From Guillardia theta CCMP2712 (lineage: Eukaryota; Protista; Cryptophyta), in the NCBI RefSeq assembly GCF_000315625.1, contig NW_005434595.1:62001-126000 (forward strand): 64,000 nt of DNA, in the 5' to 3' direction. Made by a program: the position numbers and the translations under genes. Under the pieces are notes generated by a model. That model made no database searches and was not told the origin of the DNA. It was given only the letters and a program-made list of their open reading frames with translations. This document shows positions 1 through 12,869 of this stretch, one piece after another (the stretch's first letter is position 1; each line of letters begins with the position of its first letter).

Positions 1-658
1 GATCAGCGATGTCTCGTAACCTTCTTTCCTGGCTCTGTGCGGACTGGCGGGGGAGGAGTTTGTCGTTATAGAGCATAGAGGGGTAAACTTCATCAGCGCA
101 TGACGTCTCGTCCCCTTCCCTTCCCCATCCTTTGTGCCGTCCCTCACGCCCATTATCATTTCGATGCGACTCCCCAGGGCAGTCCCCAGGGTTTTATGTG
201 TTGCGGGGAGGCGGATTTGTAATAGGGGAGGGAGGCAGGGGAGAGGGAGAGGAGGCAGGGGGGAGGGAGGAAGATTGGTGTGGGGGTGGGGGGCGGGACA
301 AGGAGGACGGGGGTAAGGGAGGAACAAGTCGGAACGAGACGGGGGGAAGGAGTGAAAGGATTAACAAAGGGAAGGAGGTGGATATGACAAGGCGGGCAAG
401 AAGCTAGTGAATTCTCAGGCAGCAAGGGGTGAGATAGATTGTAAGGGGAGACTGTGCCCTGGGAGGGAGAAGAAACCCAGCAACAAGACGAGAAGCAGCG
501 GCAGCTGGTATGGAAGGGGAATGGAAGTCTTCATGAGATTACTCAGGTAGCTCGTTCACGTGAGAGGAGATAGGAGCAAGAAGGAGGGCAGGAGCCGCTC
601 CTTTCGAGCACTCAACTGATGTTGAACTTTGTTGCTAACGGTATGGTCGAAGGTGGTG

Positions 659-1536
659 ATGTCGATAAATGGCCCAGCTCAGCTCACGTTGGTTGCCTTT
701 TGCGGCATGTTTGCAGTAGCAGATGCATTCTGTGCAACATACAGCGCAAGGATCGTTCAAGATCGATGCCAGCCTCCTCCACTGGTCCGAAAGGATCAAA
801 CACGCGTGGAAAAGAGCAATGTCTGGATTTCTAGACCAACCGCTAGCCCTATCTCAACTCTGCGATCATGTTCGTCACAAGAGAGGAGGAGTAAGGTTGC
901 TCAGTCTACCATGAGCTGGATCAAGTCCGCCGTGATCGGACTGAACCTCTGCCCATGGGCGAAGTCGGCGCTGAGAGAAGGGCTGATTGATGTTCGCGTC
1001 TCACAAGCGACCGACGTCGCTTCTCTCATGGACGAGGTGGTTGGAAACATCAGGGAAATGGCAGACAGCGAGGGAAGGGAGACCAGGATCATTGTTACAG
1101 AGAGCTTGCTCGGCAACTTTGAAGACTACAACAAGATCGCCAACAAGATTGACAAGAGTGATCTCATTGACTGTTGTCCTGTTCTAGTCCTGAATTCGTT
1201 TCTTTGTAGAGATTGATCAGATGGAATGCAGAGGCATCATTCAGCTAGCCACGTTCCATCCTCAGTACCAGTTCGGCGATGCAGAAGAAGATGACGTGGA
1301 AAACTGGACCAACAGATCACCATATCCGATGTTTCATCTTCTGCGCGAGAACGAGATTGAGGACGGTGATTTTCCTGCAGATGAGGACTCGAGTTGTTGT
1401 TCTCTAACACACTCGCACAGCGTTGGACGGCTACGATGACCCCGACGAAGTCTGGCAACGGAACATCAAGACGGTCAAGGAGAAGGGAAAATGCTTCATG
1501 CAGCAGTTGTTGGAGAGGTCTGTGAAGCTTGTCTAA
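659..1536 (+). CDS. DUF1415-family protein with probable bipartite (signal + transit) plastid presequence; 3 exons
   Basis: Motifs WIKSAVIGLNLCPWAK and IQLATFHPQYQFGDAEEDDVENWTNRSPYPMFHLLRE, then VWQRNIKTV. A GT-AG intron at 1158-1209 restores the frame; second intron ~1366-1420; stop TAA 1534-1536. Confidence 0.85.
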
Positions 1537-2908
1537 TCTGCCGCCGCACTTACTTTCTGTGTCTTGACCCGTTTGACTTGTTGTTTGCTATCAAGACGCT
1601 CTGTGTGTTTTGGAGCCGGGATCTCGTTGTGTTGATGTATTACTTGTCGTCGTGTGTCATTGGCGCCATCAATGGTGACTCGTACATGCCCGGCAGATGC
1701 AAACTTTAGGGCTCACAGTCAGTTACGGCGATCTCGGAAGAATATGCTGCAACTTGTCAGTCAACTTGATCGGATCGCTCTCTTTCCCAGACCGACTCTC
1801 TTCCTCCTCCCTCCCTCCCTCCCTCCCTCCCTCCCTCCCCTCCCTCCCCTCCCTCCCCTCCCCTCCCTCCCCTCCCTCCTGGCATTACCCTGGACTCCTT
1901 CTGCTCTTCTCACTCTCTCACATGTAAACTTGATGCAATGAAAATCGCAAACACTTCGTATTGAATCCGACAGAGTTTCACCGCTGCTTCTCAGCCTCTG
2001 AGACTCAGTCTGATGCCAGTGCGATTCAATGATGCAAGCCAAACATGGGGCCCTAGATTGGCACTCACATGAGTCACCCGTGCAGTGCCGCGCTAGCCTA
2101 GTAGGGGGGCCGGGGCCGCCCGCCGCCGCCGGGGTTACAGTCACTGAGTGCCGAGCATGACTAGATAAGATCCGTAACGAAAGTAACGGTACGGCAGGTG
2201 CCAGCAGGGTGGCATGGCGTGAAAAAAGGCGCCGACGGAGGAAGGAAGCATACGGAAGCGGAGGGGAGAATGGAGGAAGAGGGCTCGGCGAGGGTACAAT
2301 GAGGCGAGGAAGGATGGGAGGGAGAGGGGAGAGAAGAAGGGAGGGAGGGGAAGAAAGAAGATAGGAGTAGGATGTTGAGGAAAGAAATGATACGGGAAAT
2401 GGAAGCTAGAGGAGGAAGGTGTGAAGGGGGAACTGGTTGACGGCAATGTGACTGAGCGGATGAAATAAAACATGGTGTCCTGTCTCGGGTGGATGACGAT
2501 ATGCTACCGGCGGTGCAGTTGCTGCCAAGTCGCAGTTGTAGACCAGTGTAGAATGATTTGTTTTCCATGGATGAAGGAAATTCTTTCTAATCTTACATTG
2601 TGATTTTGAATTTGGAGAGATGACAATGGCATTGTGTTTCAGGTTGTGCAATATACCAGGGGTCAACTTGACTTGAGAAAGCCACGAGCTCTACGCTCCA
2701 CTTCCGAGATGATTTGTTGAGGGAGGAGGAGACTACCGAGCATGGCGAACAGAAGGAATGGTAAGGAATCTTGGTGCATGCTTGACAAACGAAGGATCTC
2801 CGCACTTGTGATGACATTGTTGGCAGAGGCGAAGGCTCCTCCTGGGGAAGAACGGATGAGGAAGGAACGAGACGTGGGGGGGCATAGTAAGGAGGAACAT
2901 CTTGTTCA

Positions 2909-4296
2909 ATGGAAGAAGGTATGATTCCCTTGTATCCTCTGCTGTGGAGGAAGCATGACACATTTTCTGTCCTATTCACTCCCTCCTCCAGCCCCTCTGT
3001 TTCCTCCCTCCCCCTGTCCCTCTGTTTCCTCCCTCCCCCTCCCTTTATGTTTCCTCACCTCCAACGGTCCCCCTTCATTACCCCCTGTTTTTCTCTTTGC
3101 CATCCACCTCTCCTCGATTCTTCTAACATGCACTGCAGATCATTCCGTGCATCTGCTATGCCTTGTCTTCCATCTACATGACACTTGCACAGAAGTATGT
3201 TGTCATCAACGCTTCCGAAGTCAAGGCTCTTTTTCTCTTCTACCAGAACGCCGCAGCCTTGCTGATGTTCCTCCCGACCTCTCTCGGCCTCCTTCAACGG
3301 TTCCACATCCTCCCCTACACCTTTTGGGACACTCGCGCGGCTTTTTCTGTCCTCCCCCTTGGTATCACCTACTCCATCATGCTCTACAGCTCCAACTGGG
3401 CTCTTTCCCTCTTGACGGTCCCCATGGTCTCAGTCCTGAAGAACATCGGCCCTGTAGTTATCACTCTCTTCGAATCTTGGACGGAGGGAAAGGAAGTTTC
3501 TATCAGCGTCTTCCTCTCCCTGCTGATGCTGGTGTCCGGCGGGCTGGTGGCAGCGTATAACGACCTGATGTTTGACGGCTGGGGTTATTTGCTCATGTTC
3601 TTCAACGTGCTTACCAACGTGGTGCATGTGAATCTGACGAAGAGGATGAGGAGTTTGTCTATCAGAAAGGAGGTTGTCCTGCACTATCAGTCGATCTTTA
3701 TGTGCATTTTCCTCCTCCCCGAGCTCATGAACCAGGACCTTAATGTCATTGTCAACGGTTTGCGGGATCAGCCACTTGTGGTTCAGATGGCGTTCTTCTC
3801 GACTGGAGTGAACGGGATCGTGATCGCACTTTGTACCATGTGGTGCATCGAGGCGACTTCTGGCAGCACCTACTCCATGGTGGGAGCTCTGAACAAGATC
3901 CCGTCCTCGATCCTTGGAATATTCATCTTCAGGTCTGCTGTGTGACATGGCTGTGGTTGCATCGGCTCGTTTGTCTGCTGTGTGACATGGCTGTGGTTGC
4001 CTCGGCTCGTTTGTCAGCATACAGTTGTGTGTTGGACACGTTTAGATTATCATCATTGTTATTGATGTGCATGCTTGTGATGTTGGAAGGTTAAAGTCTG
4101 GTGACGTCATTGCAGAAATCCTGTTAGCGTCCTAAACTTGGTTGGAGTTGGAATTGGGCTGATTGGAGGAGTTGTGTTCAGGTGAGGAGAGGAGTTGTGT
4201 GGATGGTACGAGAAGTCAGTTGCGATCCTGACGTGTGTTTGCAGTCTGGACAAGCAGATTTCTGCGAGAATAAACCGCTGGAGAAAGTTGGAGTGA
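2909..4296 (+). CDS. GDP-mannose/GDP-sugar transporter (VRG4/GONST-like, DMT superfamily)
   Basis: Multi-TM ORF 3163-3945 with CYALSSIYMTLAQKYVV, LLTVPMVSVLKNI and STYSMVGALNKIP (the GALNK GDP-binding motif). Downstream exon NPVSVLNLVGVGIGLIGGVVF. Start and end are approximate. Confidence 0.88.
3933..4012 (+). repeat. 40-bp tandem duplication at an intron 5' end
   Basis: gtctgctgtgtgacatggctgtggttgc(a/c)tcggctcgttt occurs twice (3933-3972, 3973-4012) with one mismatch. Confidence 0.95.
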
Positions 4297-4639
4297 GGAG
4301 GAGGACCGTGGAGGGGATGAAATAGGATCATAGCAATGAATGGGAACCCCCGATCAACGGTGATACGAGTGGAATGTATGCAGAACACAGGCAACGACAA
4401 GATCTTGTGGTACATTTTATTAGTTGGGAACCTAGAAATCACATGCCTGGAAATACAAACTCGCCGTTCACTTTGCTAGCTGCTCTTCTCTTAACGCTTC
4501 CGTTCTCCCTCGCCTTGCTGCTGCTACTGTTGGGTTCGATTTGACTCATTATGTTTGATGTCAGATCTTGGAAACCTTTGTTGAAGAGACTGCAACAACA
4601 AATCATCACCCATTTCAAACCTGCAAGTCCATGCAAGTC

Positions 4640-7466
4640 AATTTACCCAAAGATATCTTCTTCCTCCTGGCCTGTTGTCATTCTGTCAGAAAAAAACATG
4701 AAAGACATCCAAACAGCTTTCTGACCTGCAGGTTCTAAAAGTAGGCCCTTTGATCTCGCAGAGCTGCGCAACTTAGTCAAACTTCATCTGTGAGGAATGG
4801 AACCTATTCACTTTAAGATGTTCGCCTCAATCTCCGACAGCTGTCGAGAAAGTTTGGACAGCTTCTGATGGACTTCGTGCTGGTCCTGTGGGAAGGGAGA
4901 GGAGAGAAAAGCAGTGTTAACACAACCCAACTTGAGACAGATGAAACTTCAGACCTCGTCACCGTCACTCTCAACCTGCTCTTGGTTGCAGTCCGTCTCG
5001 ATGTATTCGAACGATCTGATGCAGAGATCGGAAATGTCAAGACCCATAACATGACGATCTTCAACTTACATCCTCGGCTCTTCCTCTTCTTCCTCCTCCT
5101 CCTCCTCCTCTGCTTGCGCTTGTTGCTCCTGACATCACCCTCAATGGTCAACGTTCTCGTCTCCACTTTCGATGCTCCACCTTGAACTCCTTGCTGGCAA
5201 GGAAAGGGAAGGTACGGAAGAAGAACAATTCGATCTGATTGTAAAAGAAGACGACGATACCTTGTGCATCTTTTCAAAACATGGAAGGCAAACATCCAAG
5301 ACAAGAATCATCATCATAATCATCATCATCATCACCATCACCACCACCACCACCACCACCTCACCAATCACGTAGATGCCCATGACGATGATGACGAGCC
5401 CGAGAACGTTCACGACGTCCAGCACGTTTGCAGCAGAGGCGGCGGCAGAGCACTGAAGATTCCCGATCTCGGGGATGTACTTGTGTTCCAACATGCTGAT
5501 CACCCCGGACTTGCGCTGCTCCAGCAGGACCTGAGAAAGTGGAAAGTGCCATGGCAGCCTGCTCGACCCCAGCTGGCCCTTGTCGGCCCGGAAACCCACC
5601 CCATACCCAAAGGGCTTGAAGGCATCTCCCACGAGCACCAGCTCCCCCCACACCGGGGTCCACTGGTTCCCCGTGCTGACGCAAGTTTGCGGGGTCCCAG
5701 TAGCGTCTGCTGAGGCAGAGGAGCAGAGGCAGGAGGCCTCGTCAGTGTAGGAAGGGTCTGAGCAGAAGCCTCCCGGGCTGCCGCAGAGGCCTTTAGCATA
5801 GAAGTCTTGCGCTATGCTGTCAAGCACGACAGGCCCATCGTAGAAGGTGCAATCAGCATCCTCTCGGTACACCATCATCAGGCAGTCCATAAGGGAGGGG
5901 GCGGGGATCGAGATGAACTTGGCGGAGGGGAACTTGGAGCTTTCAGAGTCGAGATAGGCCTTGACTGAGATGTCGGAAGTGAGGTAGCAGACGCGGGTGG
6001 TCGGGCGGTACTTGGCGGATCTAGTGTCAAAGAGGTCCTCTACCCTATCGAGAGCCGTTTCCGTGTTGATGTTGGCCAGGAAGCTGGCGAGGTTGCCGGT
6101 GTAGACGGCCTGCAGGATGATAGCAAAGATCAGCTGACCCATGAACAATGTCCGCCCTGGGTTCGTCTCCATGACCAGGTCCGCCGCTCCGAGAATGACG
6201 CTGAACGACCAGTAGATTGACGTCTGAATCTCCTTGAACAGCCTGCTAGGGATCGACTCGTTCTTCCCATTGCCCTCGCTGACGATCAGGCAGGCGGCAG
6301 CTACCAGCACCTCAATGAGGATGCAGATCCACAGCACGTAGGAGAAGGGCTGCGCCCATGCCATGAGGTCTGCCGGTACTTCCTTCTTCTTGACCACCAG
6401 TCGGAAACCTCTTGACATGTACCCAACGGTCATGTCAAAGTTCGTCAGGCGGGTATTCACGATCTTGTGCGCCCCTGCGGTCAGGCATTGGTTGTTGGGG
6501 CAAAGAACCTCGTCGTCGACCACTCCCGTCACGTTGTTGAACTTCGACCCTCCGAAGAACGATCCCTCCACCTGCACACACCCTCCCTCTGATATCCCTC
6601 CGCACCCCAGCCGAAAGTCGCCAGCTGGGCAGGTCGAGCACGCTACACACTCACCCTGTGAACCTCCAGAGCATCCTTTCCTCCAGGTCCCTTGAGGGCA
6701 GGGAGAGTCCAGACAAGACAGGCAAGAGGTCGCATACGTAGAGTTGTCTGTGTTGTAGGTGGCAGTAGGGCAGCTCTTGCAGGTTCCCGGCTGATCTCCT
6801 CCACACCCAGCTCGGTAGAAACCCGACGGGCAAGGAGCGCAGCCGACACAGGAGACGTTCTCGCCAGTTGTAATGTACTGAGTGCTAGAGCAGGAAAGGC
6901 TCGTCTGTACGATCTTCATGCACAACCTGTCCTGAGTAGTTGTGCAGCCCTTCACTTCTACCGGGGTCGCTCCCGAGCAGGGGGCCGAGCACGGAGCACA
7001 ATGGTCCCTGTAGTCGTAGGTGGACGCGGTGGTGTTGGCAGGGCAGCTGACACACTGTCCAGGGCTGAGGTTGGAGCATCCAACACGGTACATGCCAGGA
7101 GCACAGACGTCGCATCGCACACAGAACCCGAGCTCCTGGTTGCCACAGCCCTTGCGATAGAACCCGGCAGGACAGGCGTCGGCCTTACACTCAGAGCTCT
7201 CTCCCAGCATCTGGAAGGCCAGGTCCGGCGATGGCTGTGAGCAGACGCCCGAGCTGTAAAACTCTGAGCGCAGGCAGGGGTACAGGAAGCGAAAGCTGCA
7301 GCCCAGCTCCTTGGAGAGCGTGTCGAAGAGCTCCATGGTGAGCCCGGAGAGCCTCCCGTTGCCGTACGTCCGTCTGCATGCGGGAAGTGTCAGGCCAGGG
7401 AGAGAGACGAGAAAAAGAAGAAGATGAAAAGGGAGGGAGCGACGAGAACAGAGGGGAGGAGAGAGA

Positions 7467-7538
<72 letters not shown>

Positions 7539-8070
7539 GAGGAGGGAGGGAGGGAGGGAGGGAGAGGGAGAGGGAGAGGGAGAGGGAGAGGGAGAGAGAG
7601 CGAAGAAGAGATGAGAAACAAGCAGAAGGAGCAATGACAAGAAGAAGATAACGTGAAGACACATGTAAGTTTGGTTGCTATTACGATTGATTGGTGTTGC
7701 CCGGATCGCCATTGAGCGCTTCGAAGTCATCTATCACAACGAATGGTGGAACATGGTAGGTAATGACGACAAAAGTTTTCCCTCTGAAAGGATTTGTCGT
7801 CGGGCTAGTATAATCTATTCCCAACGGCCAGGAGTAGGTGCTGGAAAGTATACCACGGTAAAAGATAGAGAATCTTACAGCTGCGGGTTCACCTGACTTC
7901 CCTCACATTGAGGAAGGAGTCCATGGGGAGCGCGTGAGAGTCATGGCCGAAGAAACCTCTCGATGCATCGGAAACTGGATGACGTTAATCAGAGACGTAC
8001 AGGGGTCGAAATGGTGCATACCTTGAGCGAACAGGATAAAGAGAATGGTCGAATAAAACATCTCCCTCAT
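4640..8070 (-). CDS. Ionotropic glutamate receptor-like channel (S1-M1-P-M3-S2-M4) with Cys-rich insertions and no recognisable ATD
   Basis: S1 start KTFVVITYHVPPFV (~7730-7780), LSGLTMELFDTLSKELG, NTRLTNFDMTVGYMSRGFRLVVKK, M1 QPFSYVLWICIL, pore SIYWSFSVILG, M3 AVYTGNLASFL (SYTANLAAF-like), S2 GYGVGF, M4 VLGLVIIVMGIYVIG. Termini are approximate. Confidence 0.88.
7450..7600. repeat. (GA)n/(GAGGGA)n intronic microsatellite
   Basis: Direct read; lies in an intron of the iGluR-like gene. Confidence 0.95.
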
Positions 8071-8862
8071 TGACATGGTAGCCAGTGTGTGAGTTTCCTC
8101 ATCAATTGCCTGGATCTGCGAAGAAGCATTACCAAGACACGTGGACAAACGTCTTGCGTCAATGTTGATGTTTGGAAGCTGTGCGTGTTACGACAAGATA
8201 TAAGAGACGTATTCCATGAAAGAGCACAGCGCAGAGGAAGAGCAGATAGGATGGATGGGAAGAAGGACGAATATCTTCTAAAAGACCAATCGGGAAAGAA
8301 GTCGTTCGGCAAATTCTTCACAAGGAAGGAAACAGAAGAGGCAAAAGCAAACATGCAGGGAGGGGAGAGAAGGAGAGCCTGAGAGACGGGGAGGGAGAAC
8401 TGTGGGCAAGGATAGTGAGGAGAACAACAAGGAAGAGGAGGGAGGGAGAGGGAGGGAGAGGGAGGGAGAGGGAGGGAGGGAGAAAGGGAAGGGAACGATA
8501 CAAGGTCCCTCCATAGCGAGGAGGTAAATTCGTCAATGGGCCATCAGATATGGGGGTCGTTGGGTGGTTTTGAACCCCTTGCTTTCCCCTGAAAATGATA
8601 GTAAAAGCGGGTGAGTACTGTGAAAGGGTGGGGTAGATTGACAAGTTTGAAAGGGGTAGTTAAAATATCCGTTACGACATCTGGACTTCAAGTAACGGTC
8701 TCTTGCTTCGGATTTTGAAAAGAGCTCAGGGGGTGGTGGTCTTTGAGTACCCCTACTTTGAAATTGTAAAAGGGGGGTGATATTGATACGGAAGGGGTGG
8801 AGTGTCCGATCTATGCGAACTGGCCCGACAGTGATGTTGAACGACATGATGACGAGGGTAAG

Positions 8863-8912
8863 GAGCAGGAGCAAGAGCAGGAGCAGGAGCAGGAGCAGGG
8901 GCAGGAGCAGGG

Positions 8913-8989
<77 letters not shown>

Positions 8990-9002
8990 GGCAGGAGCAG
9001 GG

Positions 9003-9093
<91 letters not shown>
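8863..9093. repeat. (GAGCAG)n hexamer microsatellite
   Basis: About 38 units with occasional GGGCAG variants; it produces the poly-L, RS, EQ and CS ORFs. Confidence 0.97.
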
Positions 9094-9094
<1 letters not shown>

Positions 9095-9138
9095 ATGTAC
9101 TTAGCAAGAGATAGGAACCGAGAGTTGTAGATCACTCA

Positions 9139-11577
9139 ATGAACACTCGAATCGTCTGAAACGTTCTCAGGCCCTTCGGGATGATTCAACCCTAGTTGTG
9201 TTTGACGCGAAGGAGCTGAAGGAAGCTGAGGTCAGGCCCCTGATACGCGTGGAGCCTTCTCATGGTGTTACAGCGGCGATCGAGAGAGACATGGCAGAGG
9301 ATTTGTGATGCAATCAAGTTCAATACCAATGTGAGGGATACAGACTCGTTGTTGTCTCTCAGTCGTTGTGCTGCAGATTCGAGAGCTGCTGCTACGAGAC
9401 TGTTCGATCGATGACATGGGAGCTGTCGTCCTGTCAGAGGGCCTTGCACAAAACAACCGTATTGTTCATGCAGACTTGCAGTATAACAACATCGGAGATG
9501 CCGGGGCATCTGCCATTGTTTGTTGATCACTGTGCGATGACAAGTATGATGTTTCATGACAGGCTAGAGCCTTGAAGAAGAACACGAGATTGCAGACTCT
9601 GAACCTTTGTAATCAAAGAAGTCCAAGTGAGATGTTATGAGCTAGGAACATCACCACTACTAACAAGGGCTGTAAGTTTGGAGGATGAGCACAATATCCG
9701 ATTTTGAGGATGCTTTCAACAACAACATCACGTTGGTTAAGGTAATGGGAACTTGTTGTGTTTCACCGTGAAAGGTTCACTGGACATGCTGTCAGATTCT
9801 GTGGGACCAAGACGCTGCGTCGACACAAAGAATCGCGAAATACATCATGAGGAATGTCGAGATAGCAATCAGAAGAAACAACGGACAAAGATTCGATGAC
9901 CTGATCCCCCACGCTCAGCTTACAAAAGTCGGTGGGAGATTGGATATGCTTGGTTCTTCCAACTAACGGCAGAGGACAGGTGATGAAAACATAGTAAAAG
10001 CTCAACAGCCGTCAGATCATTTCTTGTTATATCATGCAAACAGCTCTAGCGTAAACGATACAAGCAGTCGTACGAGTCATTCTCGTGCTGACGATGTGAT
10101 GAGCAAGTTCAAAGAAGGATTTATGTTGATCGATGAGATGAGTTCATCTTTCAAGGCAACAAAGAAAGTATCCTCTCCTTCGTCCCGTTTGTCTTCCTCC
10201 TCACCCTCTGAGAAAGGATCGCTCGGTCTGGTTGTCAGGGGGAACAGGGTAGAGGAGGTGATAGAAGGAGGCCCTGCTTTCTATGTGGGGTGTATCGCTG
10301 CGGGTGACAGCATCATGAGCGTCGAAGGACGCGATGGGGACATCTCGACGTGCCTGGAGGAAGGAAAACGAGGATCCGTGGTGGGGCTTTTGATCCAGAA
10401 AGATTCTCTTGGAGGAAAAGAAGCGGCGAAGACAATGAAAGTTGACCTGCGTCGAGTTTCAGCAGAAGAGATAACAAGTCGAAGGGAATGCACGAAGCTC
10501 TAGATGGTGATTCAGACATGTGAAAGAGTTATTGTTTTGTAAAAAGTGCCCAGGTTTGTTGCAAGCAGCAATCTTCCGCAAACTTGCGGGTCAAGCGCAT
10601 GAACTGAAGTTGATCCAAGAAGCTTTGATCTTACTAGAGCGAGAGAGGCAGCAACAAGATATCAGAGATGCGAAGATGAGAGAAGAGAGTCTCAAGAAGT
10701 TGGTGCGTTGAGGCCTGTCAGAGACTTGTGTTGTGATTGTGAGTTTTTGCAGATTGGTTGTCTGAGTGAAATTTCTTTCCAAATGTCACAATCGCTGTCG
10801 GAAAGTGATGTCTCGGAGAAGAGGAACGAAGAGAAAAGCAAGCTGGTCAAGAACAAGATTGAAGAGCTGAGGTGATGTGTTTGTATTCGTTTCATCTCCT
10901 CACTTGCAGCGCAGGATTCGAGAAGAAGTGCATCGAGAGTACGAAGACAAGATGAAAAGTTTTGTGGAGGAGAAAGAGAAGGAGCTGGAAGAGAGAATGA
11001 AAATGTTGAAGGTGGAGAAGGACAGGGAAGTAGAGGAACAGGTTAAGAACGTGATGCAAGAGAATGAGTTGTTGAGGACGAGGTTGAAGATTGAACAGTT
11101 CCAGGTGAACCTTTGCGATGATTCTTGAGATGTGTTCAGAATGTCTCACGTGCGAACAGAATCAAATCCTGCAAGTGAACCTCACAAGATCGGATCAAGT
11201 CAGAACAGCTCAATTCCACGAGTTACAACGACAAGGAGAATTGAGACAAAGAAGGAGCGATGATATCGACAAACATGACAATGGCGATAACGCTTCAACT
11301 GCATGTGATGAAAAATCTCAAATATCACTGTTCCGTTGACATCTGCCTTGCAGTGAATGATTCCGAATACCCTATCTCACTTGACGCAAGCTTGTCAAAC
11401 CTGAACTCAGGTATAGTTAAGAATCTTATGGACACCATTCCCCTGATTTGTTCTCAGGTGAATTGTTTTCTTCTTTCGACATTCCTCTACCTGTAGCTCC
11501 TTTCCCAACTCCAGCCAAGAGGCCTTGACAAAGGTCTATAATGTCTTAGATGTTCGTGAGAGATCTGTGGAAATATA
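9139..11577 (+). CDS. RNI/tropomodulin-like LRR + PDZ + coiled-coil protein (multi-exon)
   Basis: Exons read IRELLLRDCSIDDMGAVVLSEGLAQNN, LQYNNIGDAGASAI and ALKKNTRLQTLNL. PDZ GSLGLVVRGNRVEEVIEGGPAFYVGCIAAGDSIMSVEG lies in ORF 10024-10503. E/K-rich exons follow at 10550-11230. Joining into a single gene is inferred. Confidence 0.65.
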
Positions 11578-11899
11578 ATGATACTGATGGTGAGACATTT
11601 CGATTTCATCGCTCAAGTCAGTCATTCATTTACTCTTTCATGAGATTGAACATTTCGAGAACTTGTTTCATCATGAAAAATCTTCAAGCTTTGGGTCTGA
11701 GACGATCCAATCGTTGAAGAGGAGCCGATGAGAAAATAGCAACCTTGTTCGAGTCGTGATGAGATTCGTTTGAAGATGACCAAACAACAATCATCTCACC
11801 TCTTCGCCCCCTGATATGACTCTGCAGACTGCTTACACTTGTAATAAGTCTGTGAATCAGCTTCCATTGTTGTTGCCTGCTGTTTGCAAACACGACAGG

Positions 11900-12600
11900 T
11901 ATCTCGAAACAACTGCATCATTGCTTTCTTCGATAATCTTGACGTCTTTTCCGGCGAGCTGATGGCAGTGCCCTTGGTTTTGTTGTCAACTCACTTCCTA
12001 ATCAGAGATGAACATTTATCACATGTCTTCCATCAAGGATTTCACAACTGTCATCTCCATTCGACCTCGAAAGATCGTCACATCTCAGGAGGGTGAAGAA
12101 CGATTGTATTGTTTGCACCAAGACATGCAGTCTTCGTTGTTAAACGTTGCTCCTCCCCCTTCACCAGTGAAGATTACACCTGGGTTGAAAGATCAAATCA
12201 GCATCGTTCTCTATGATATGTTTGCAAACCCTCGTCAAGTTTCACTTGCGTGCACATCACGGATGGATGATGAATCTTGAAAGGTTGCAGATCGTTGAGG
12301 AGCTGGAGAACAACAAGAGGATGAAGACATATCACATCATCGTCCACATAAACTCCATCATCATCCCCATCATCATCCCCATCATCATCTCCAACATCAT
12401 CCCAATCATCATGATTCAACCATGACGTCTACCGGGAAAGTGGAGGCATTGAAATCCTGCAGTCGACAACAAAACGCACGAAGACAATGTGGCCTGAGAA
12501 CTCAATCATCTCTTGGAATGAAATCAGGTACGAGCATGTCACGATGTCTGACCTGGAGAATTTTCTACCAACAGTGATTGATGTTATGAAGATCTGATGA
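11900..12600 (+). CDS. Hypothetical protein (exon fragments)
   Basis: ORF 12008-12280 plus short flanking exons with GT/AG borders; no family recognised. Confidence 0.3.
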
Positions 12601-12869
12601 GATTTCAGCAGATATGAGCAGAGAAATTTCTCACTGACGGGATGAGCTAAGATGGACATCAAAGCACCTTGAACCCCCAGAGCGTTCCACCTGCTCCGAT
12701 CTGTGAGATGACAAAGGAGAAAGAAGTGGAAGACGATGGGAGATTGATCTGAGATGAAGAAGAAGGGAGAAAACGAAAGAGCCCCCACCCAATGCAAGCA
12801 TGAGAAAGAGAGGACAGGGAGGAAAGCGGTGCTACTGGTTGGGTGAACAAGGGGAAGGAGGAGGAGATA

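Noticed and set aside
1-600. Possible 5' part of a minus-strand gene at the window edge
   Set aside because: Only short, low-complexity frames; no product can be supported.
8533-9135. Poly-Leu, RS-, EQ- and CS-repeat ORFs
   Set aside because: All are translations of one (GAGCAG)n microsatellite; no unique coding flanks were recognised.
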